A DNA stretch of 64,000 nt, from the NCBI GenBank assembly GCA_000092065.1, contig CP000581.1; one strand, written 5' to 3'. A model generated the notes under the pieces. The model saw only the letters and a program-made list of their open reading frames with translations, was not told the origin of the DNA and did not search any database. A program made the position numbers and the translations under genes. Below, one piece after another: positions 58,585 through 64,000 of the stretch; position 1 is the first letter of the stretch; each line of letters opens with the position of its first letter. Origin of the DNA: Ostreococcus lucimarinus (lineage: Eukaryota).

Positions 58585-59328
58585 CTAACGACGCCCACGC
58601 TTATTCGCGTGTCCGTACCCAGCGCAATACTTCGTCTCGAGCCCGTCGTTCAACAGCGCAGCTTCGCGCGTCGATTCCTTCCTCTCCCGCTCCAATCGCT
58701 CGCTCCGAAGTCGTTCGAGATCATCGTTTTCCCTTCGATATTTCTTCTTCTCGCGATGCCTCTTCTTCTCGTGTCGATCGTTCCTCTCTCGCCTCTTCTC
58801 GTCGTCTCGCTCGGGCGTCAACCGCCGCGACTTCGACTTTAACTTCGCGTCGCTCGTAGCTCGAATCGCCTCCTCTTCCTCCCGTCGCCTACGCACTCGC
58901 GACGGAAGTGATGCGTACGCATCATCGTTCGCATCCTCTCTCTCTCTCACCCCGCTCGCGTACCACGGCGTCCGCGCGTCCCGACCGACGCCGCGTCCGC
59001 CGAAGCGCGTCCCGTCGTCCTCGCGCGCGTCCCCTCTCTCTTCTCTTCCATCTCTCGTCCGTCCCGTCGCGCGCGCCGCCGCCTCTTCCTCCGCGAAAAG
59101 GTTTACGTGCGCGTCGTTCGCACCGATCGTCGACGCGGACGTCGTCGTCGCCGCGCCGCGAAGCGCGCGCAAACGTTCCGCTCGGGACGCGTCCAACGCC
59201 TCCTTCGCCGCTTCCTCTCGCGCCTCGCGCGCCGCGGCCTCGTCCCTGGCCACGCGCGCGCGCTGTTTCGCGCCGTACACGTTCCAGGACTTGTGCGGCA
59301 GGATGTTCAGTCCGCCGTGCCCGCCCAT
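58585..59328 (-). CDS. Cir_N-domain protein (LENG1/Cwc25-like splicing-associated protein)
   Basis: N-terminal MGGHGGLNILPHKSWNVYGAKQRARVARDEAAAREAREE… matches the Cir_N motif (NILP.KSWHV…N…V..DE..A). R/E/K-rich remainder. Confidence 0.65.
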   Translation of the reverse strand: MGGHGGLNILPHKSWNVYGAKQRARVARDEAAAREAREEAAKEALDASRAERLRALRGAATTTSASTIGANDAHVNLFAEEEAAARATGRTRDGREERGDAREDDGTRFGGRGVGRDARTPWYASGVREREDANDDAYASLPSRVRRRREEEEAIRATSDAKLKSKSRRLTPERDDEKRRERNDRHEKKRHREKKKYRRENDDLERLRSERLERERKESTREAALLNDGLETKYCAGYGHANKRGRR

Positions 59329-60107
59329 CGCGCGTCGCGCGCGTCGACGTCTGCGGCTTCGCGGCTTCGCGCCGCGCGTCTCGCGCGCTCCGACTAAAAT
59401 TACAACGACGCCCGCGACCGCGCTGGAGGCGCGTCGCGACCGCGCGCGTCGCTAATTCGCCCAATCTCTCGCCGCGTCCGCGTCCGCGTCTCGCTCGCGC
59501 GCGCGCCGTCCCTCCTCCGCTCTCGCGCTCGCGCTCGCGCTCGCGCTCGCCCGTCTCGCCGCCCGTCCCGCCGCGCTCGCCTCGAACGCGCGCTCTCGCG
59601 CGCGCGCCGCCTCGCTCGCCGCGCGTCGCGCCTCCAGCGCGTTCGCGCGCTCCGTCTCCGCCGCGCGCGCGCGCCTCCGGCGCCATCGCGCGCCGCCGAG
59701 GCCGCAGCACCCCGCGCAACATCCGTCGTCGTCGCTCTCGTCGCTCTCGTCGCTCGCGCGCGACGTCGCGCGTCGCGCGCCGGCGTCGACGCGCGCGGAG
59801 TCCTCGCGCGCGTCGCCTCGCGCCGCCAAGAGCGCGTCGCCGTCGTCGAGCGCGGCGTACGACGCCGACGCCATCGCGCGTCCAACTGTCCGGTCGAGCG
59901 GCGACGGCGCGTCGCGCGACACCGCGACGCGACGCGACGCGCGCGCGGGTCCCGGCGCGCCGGCGCGGCGCGCGAACGCGGTTCCGGCGATCGCGCGACG
60001 CGCGCGCGCCCGACGACGCGCGCGCGACGCGCGCGAGGGTCGAGACGGCGCGCGCGCGAAAGCCCTGGCGCGACGACGCGCGCGACGGCTCTCGCGCGCG
60101 ACGCGCG

Positions 60108-61673
60108 ATGATCGTCGCGAGACACGCGGAGGGGAAGCGAGGGGAACATCATTACTGCGTCGACGCGAGGATCGAGCTGTGGAGCGCGGCGCAGGTGGAG
60201 GGACTCGGGGACGCGCGCGGGCGGGGGTCGACGGAGCGAGAGCGAAGGACGCCGAACGCGCGCGTGGGCGCGGTGCGGTGCGATATACGCGGCGCGAAGG
60301 ACGAGGACGCGAGAGCGAGAGCGAATGCGGTGGTGAGGGACGCCGGGATGACGGCGGCGCTCGCGAGAGGGGTCGGAGAGGCGATGAAGAAGGCGGGAGG
60401 GACGACGACGACGAAGCGAGGACGACGCGCGACGACGGCGTGCGTGGCGAAACGACGGAATGAACGCACCGGGACGGAGTTTTGGGTGGTCATCGCGCGT
60501 GGGGGGGGTGAAGACGAGGACGAGGACGCGTCGCGGGAGATGCGAACGATGTCGTTTCGCGTGGGCGCCGGCGAAAACGCAGAGGCGGAGGCGAGAAATC
60601 GGGCGGCGGCGTTCACCGCGAGCGCGGCGTTCGACGCGTGGGTGCGCGGGACGAAGTGCGTGCCGGGACCGAAGAAAGCTGGATTGGGTGGGTCTCGTGT
60701 GCGGGCTAAGAAGCATCCGTACGCGTACAGCGGGATCATGGGCGACGACATCATTGATTGCGTGTGCGGCGACAACGAGGAGTACGGGTTCATGGTGGCG
60801 TGCGAGACGTGCGGGGCTTGGGAGCACGGCGAATGCTGTAGAATCTACGCCGAGGAAGAAATTCCGAAAGATTACAAGTGCTCTTCGTGCGTTCGTCGGA
60901 GCGAGAAGGTGGTCGTGTTGCTCGAGTTTGCGTCGGATGACAAAGCCGCGTCGCTGCGAACGGCGCCCACCCCGGTGCGCTCGCCCGAAGGCGACGAGAT
61001 TAAAGACGATTATTTTGGTACTATAGACGGTGTCGCCGCGTTGCTAAAGGAAGATCGCATCGCCGTGTGCTGCGTGTGTGGATGCGAAGATTGCGATGGA
61101 GAGTATGGTTCAATGATTCGAGCGTGCGCGTGCGACAGCGGCGGCGCCATCGCGCACGAGAGCTGCATGAAGAATTGGAGCGATAAGTACTCACCACAAA
61201 AAGCAGGGAATGGAAGGTCACGCACGACGTCTCGAGCGCCCGACACCGTGCGCTGCAAAGCGTGTGGTGACGTAGGTGGAAAAGCTTCTGGTGTCACCGA
61301 AGTCGCGAAGCTTGATGAAATGCTGAAGGCGTTCGGCAAAGCCGTCGACGACACCTCGTCGAGATACGAAGCCGAAGCCATGGCGTATCGCGCCAACCCA
61401 CGACCGCGCCCTAGAACGCCCGTCGTTGAGACTAAGCCGAAGAAGGAGAAGCCTAAAGTCGAGAAGAAGAAGGTTCCCGCGGAGAAGCCAGCCCAAACGC
61501 AAGCTGAGGCTGCGCCGCCGACGCCGAAACCCTCCGTGAAGGAAGAAAAGTTTTCTGGAACGCCGCTGTCTATGTTACCTTTGAAGAAGAGGCGCATGAT
61601 GGCGTGGCATTCCGAACAAACTGGACTTAGTGAAAACGTCAAGCACGAGCTCAAGAATAATATCGCAGTGTGA
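60108..61673 (+). CDS. PHD-finger protein with a second RING-variant/PHD-like Cys cluster. The start is uncertain, since the ORF is open from 58908 through a GC-rich low-complexity tract.
   Basis: PHD: …DCVCGDNEEYGFMVACETCGAWEHGECCRIYAEEEIPKDYKCSSCV…. Second cluster CCVCGCEDCDGEYGSMIRACACDSGGAIAHESCMKNW…. K/P-rich C-terminus. Confidence 0.6.
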   Translation: MIVARHAEGKRGEHHYCVDARIELWSAAQVEGLGDARGRGSTERERRTPNARVGAVRCDIRGAKDEDARARANAVVRDAGMTAALARGVGEAMKKAGGTTTTKRGRRATTACVAKRRNERTGTEFWVVIARGGGEDEDEDASREMRTMSFRVGAGENAEAEARNRAAAFTASAAFDAWVRGTKCVPGPKKAGLGGSRVRAKKHPYAYSGIMGDDIIDCVCGDNEEYGFMVACETCGAWEHGECCRIYAEEEIPKDYKCSSCVRRSEKVVVLLEFASDDKAASLRTAPTPVRSPEGDEIKDDYFGTIDGVAALLKEDRIAVCCVCGCEDCDGEYGSMIRACACDSGGAIAHESCMKNWSDKYSPQKAGNGRSRTTSRAPDTVRCKACGDVGGKASGVTEVAKLDEMLKAFGKAVDDTSSRYEAEAMAYRANPRPRPRTPVVETKPKKEKPKVEKKKVPAEKPAQTQAEAAPPTPKPSVKEEKFSGTPLSMLPLKKRRMMAWHSEQTGLSENVKHELKNNIAV

Positions 61674-61711
61674 TAATTATCTATGTGTTGATATTGCCTA
61701 AAACGATGCTC

Positions 61712-63736
61712 CTACGCGCCTACTGCCTGCAATTTTTTTTCTATGTATGATTTCGCGCTCACCGCACCCGCACCCCACTCCACCTGCCACTCGAAATATG
61801 GCACGGTGACCACTTTCCAACCGCGCACCGCGAGCGCCTTGTCTCGCAGCTTTGTTTTCTGCGTCAATCCTTCCGTCAAGTTTGTGTAAAAGTGCGACGG
61901 CCCATCGCACTCGATGGCGACTCGCTTGTCCTTTAAGCATATATCCATGCTAAGTAATCCATCGTCCGTGAGTTCCTCCATGTATGGCTCGTGACCTAGG
62001 CTTTTGACCGTCTCCAAGACTTCCTTTTGAAACGTACTCACGCGAGTGTCCTCGGTTTGTTGAAGCCACGCCGAGCGGCCGAGCTCAGCCACCCAGTCTG
62101 GGTAAACAACATCCACAGTTTCACGTTCTGGATCGAAATCGTGCTGCATCAGCCTCGCGTGAAAGAGCATCTTCAATCCCTCCAGCTGGAAATCCATAGA
62201 ATCCCTGCGGAAAAGCTCGCGCACGGCAGCTTTGTACAGGTCTGATTGAAACGCTCCCACGGAAGCGATGGCCCAAGTGATATTGGAAAGATCTTGGCTG
62301 TTACATTCACTGAGACGAAACCACGATGGGGTGACGTCATTGAAGAGCTTGTTCAGGCCATCGTCTTCTGAGCCACCGAAGACAGAGAGACCGATGGTTG
62401 TGTTGGCCAAAGCTTGAGTGGTGTATTCTTCTCTTCGTTCCAGGAGCGAGCGTTCAAAAGTGCGCAGAGCCTCGTTCCCCGGATGGTGTGCAAACTGCGC
62501 AAAAGCCCACACTGAATTGGAAAGCTCTTGTGCTTTGAAGTTTTGGGACGACTTCACGACAAAAATCGCCAAACGATCGAGAAGCTCGTATCCGGGATGC
62601 ACGCCCAATGACGACAGCGTCCAAAGCGCGTTGGACACCGTCTGCGTGCTGAACTCTCCTCCCGTCGCGCTCTCCGCTTGCATCAACTCTTTGTCCGGTT
62701 CGGGGAGCTTTGACAATATCACTGGTGCGAGAATTTCCGCCAACCTTTGCGCACGAGGATGTTTCAGCACCGTATACGCCCACAACGTATTCGTCAGCGC
62801 TTGCGGGTAAAATTCATCCACCTTCTGCTCCATGCGATCCGCCACTAAACCCAAGAGATCATCTCTCGGTTTGTATTTCAGCACCGCGCACGACCACGCA
62901 AAGTTGCTCAAGTTCTGAATCTGAAACGTCGCGAGCAACCGCTTGGTCGTCGCCTCCAAATCCATCACCCTCGCGTCGCTTCCGGCTTCCCACGCTCGCG
63001 GTAACAACCGCTGCCGCGCCTTCTTCGCCAATCTGTGCCACGCCGTCGCGCAATTCACCCGATTATATAGATGTGACCGCACGCGAACGTGTTCTAATAT
63101 CTCCTCCCCCGTGCGCGCGCTCGTGATCTCACCGTTTAACTCCGTGCTCAGTCTCCGGTCGACGCGCTCGCCGCCGTACGCGAACCCCTCCGACGCGCCC
63201 TCGTACCGCCCCCTCGCGCGCGTCGCGCTCGCCCCTCGCCCCGAATCGTTCGCGCGCGCTTTTTGCTCGCCATCGCGTCGATATCTCGGCACGAACGCCG
63301 CTCTTTCGCGCGCGCCTCGCTGCGCGCTCGCGATTTCGGCATCATCATCGCGCGCGCGCGATTTCTCCCCCCCCTCGCTCTCGCGCGCGTCCCGCGCGAG
63401 CGAGGACGTCGACAGCGACGCCGCGCATCGATCGCGAAGGTCTCGCGCGAGGCGGCGCAGCGACGACGTCGCGAGGACGCCGCGCGTCATCGTGTGCGGC
63501 TTCGCGCTGGGTTTCGCGTCACTGCGCGACGCCGAGATGGAACCGGGAGCGATCGCGCTCGGCAAGGTGGCGCGCGCGCCGGCGCAGCCGTGCAGGGTGC
63601 GCGCTCGATCGACCGCGCGCGGCGACGACGACGACGAAGGACGAGGCGACGACGCGAACGGCGGACTGACAATTCGACATCGAACGCGTCGCGCGCCGTA
63701 GATTCTGCGCGATGACGAAGCCGCGGACGCGCTCAA
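61712..63736 (-). CDS. RAP-domain protein with FASTK-like helical repeats (organellar RNA-binding type), long Ser/Arg-rich N-terminal extension
   Basis: Repeats …Q.LSN..W..A.L… (FAWSCAVLKY, NTLWAYTVLKH, NALWTLSSLGV, NSVWAFAQFAH, NITWAIASVGA). C-terminal RAP domain …GHEPYMEE.TDDGLLSMDICLKDKRVAIECDGPSHFY…RDKALAVRGWKVVTVPYFEW…. Confidence 0.7.
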   Translation of the reverse strand: MSASAASSSRRIYGARRVRCRIVSPPFASSPRPSSSSSPRAVDRARTLHGCAGARATLPSAIAPGSISASRSDAKPSAKPHTMTRGVLATSSLRRLARDLRDRCAASLSTSSLARDARESEGGEKSRARDDDAEIASAQRGARERAAFVPRYRRDGEQKARANDSGRGASATRARGRYEGASEGFAYGGERVDRRLSTELNGEITSARTGEEILEHVRVRSHLYNRVNCATAWHRLAKKARQRLLPRAWEAGSDARVMDLEATTKRLLATFQIQNLSNFAWSCAVLKYKPRDDLLGLVADRMEQKVDEFYPQALTNTLWAYTVLKHPRAQRLAEILAPVILSKLPEPDKELMQAESATGGEFSTQTVSNALWTLSSLGVHPGYELLDRLAIFVVKSSQNFKAQELSNSVWAFAQFAHHPGNEALRTFERSLLERREEYTTQALANTTIGLSVFGGSEDDGLNKLFNDVTPSWFRLSECNSQDLSNITWAIASVGAFQSDLYKAAVRELFRRDSMDFQLEGLKMLFHARLMQHDFDPERETVDVVYPDWVAELGRSAWLQQTEDTRVSTFQKEVLETVKSLGHEPYMEELTDDGLLSMDICLKDKRVAIECDGPSHFYTNLTEGLTQKTKLRDKALAVRGWKVVTVPYFEWQVEWGAGAVSAKSYIEKKLQAVGA

Positions 63737-64000
63737 GGCGAAGAAGGGTTCGCGCAGGGTGTATTGGTTCGGCGCGAGGTCCCTCGGTCACGTGGCGGAG
63801 AAGGAGTTGAAGGCGTGGGACGCGGACGCGTTCGAGGCGTCGCTGGCGGAGGTGAAACGCGGGAGGGATAAACTGGAACTCGCGCTGGAAGAGGCGAGAG
63901 CGCACGAGAACGGTGGCGGTGCGGTGAGCGTGGACGTGGGATCGACCCCAGAGGCGGTCGTGGAGACGGCGGCGAAGGAGGGGAGCGAGGCGGAGACGCC
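63702..64000 (+). CDS. Partial ORF open to the window end, with no in-frame ATG. Begins immediately after a TAG, so it is possibly an internal exon or an artefact.
   Basis: Translation …KKGSRRVYWFGARSLGHVAEKELKAWDADAFEASLAEVKRGRDKLELALEEARAHENGG… has coding-like composition. Overlaps the 5' end of the minus-strand RAP gene by ~35 nt. Confidence 0.2.
   Translation, partial: MLRDDEAADALKAKKGSRRVYWFGARSLGHVAEKELKAWDADAFEASLAEVKRGRDKLELALEEARAHENGGGAVSVDVGSTPEAVVETAAKEGSEAET

Noticed and set aside
59330-60107. Separate gene in the extremely GC-rich tract with (GCGCTC)n between the Cir_N gene and the PHD-finger gene
   Set aside because: Both strands give only Arg/Ala/Ser-rich low-complexity translations. 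It is more likely a promoter/5'-UTR region or a disordered N-terminal extension of the PHD protein (the + frame is open from 58908). There is no independent evidence for a gene.

Overview
**What this window is.** The sequence is high-GC, very gene-dense eukaryotic nuclear DNA with few introns. About 45 protein-coding genes on both strands can be recognised by eye, with intergenic spacers often under 200 bp. Most genes are single-exon.

**Likely source.** Several plastid-pathway enzymes carry N-terminal R/A/S-rich transit-peptide-like extensions with no hydrophobic signal peptide: tocopherol cyclase, carotenoid cleavage dioxygenase, FabG, HisG and a plant-type HNH endonuclease. Centriole and flagellar genes are also present (SAS-6, a dynein intermediate-chain-like WD40 protein). 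Together these point to a flagellated green alga with a compact genome, of the prasinophyte or Mamiellophyceae type. This is inference only and cannot be verified without a database.

**Recognisable genes.** Clathrin heavy chain (3' part), beta-tubulin (three exons), ARP3, ERGIC3/Erv46, RNA polymerase III subunit RPC5, TFIIH p34, ClpP, PP2C, nucleoside hydrolase, ketopantoate reductase, an MFS transporter, a Cwc2/RBM22-like splicing factor, a Cir_N/Cwc25-like protein, a kanadaptin-like FHA protein, a NELF-E-like RRM protein, a RAP-domain protein and an LRR non-RD kinase.

**Most notable observations:**
- A U6 snRNA gene, absent from the ORF track, appears to be split by a 97-nt spliceosomal-type intron. 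The donor is GTGAGT, a CTGAC branch site sits 25 nt before the CAG acceptor, and the intron lies inside the internal stem-loop (ISL) region. A T8 terminator follows.
- A protein with a MinC C-terminal beta-helix domain is fused to predicted membrane helices and lacks the MinC N-terminal domain.
- A carotenoid cleavage dioxygenase and tocopherol cyclase sit in tandem on the same strand.
- A 55-aa single-pass membrane ORF falls below the ORF-track size cutoff.
- A histone-H1-like AKKA-repeat tail is fused to a transmembrane helix.
- A perfect 15-bp hairpin lies in a 3' UTR shared by two convergent genes.
- Pentanucleotide microsatellites sit exactly at gene boundaries.

**Artefacts.** Many long ORFs in the track, antisense to real genes and translating to R/A/S/P-rich peptides, are GC-content artefacts. 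Several track ORFs also begin at TTG or GTG codons, and the real starts are downstream ATGs.
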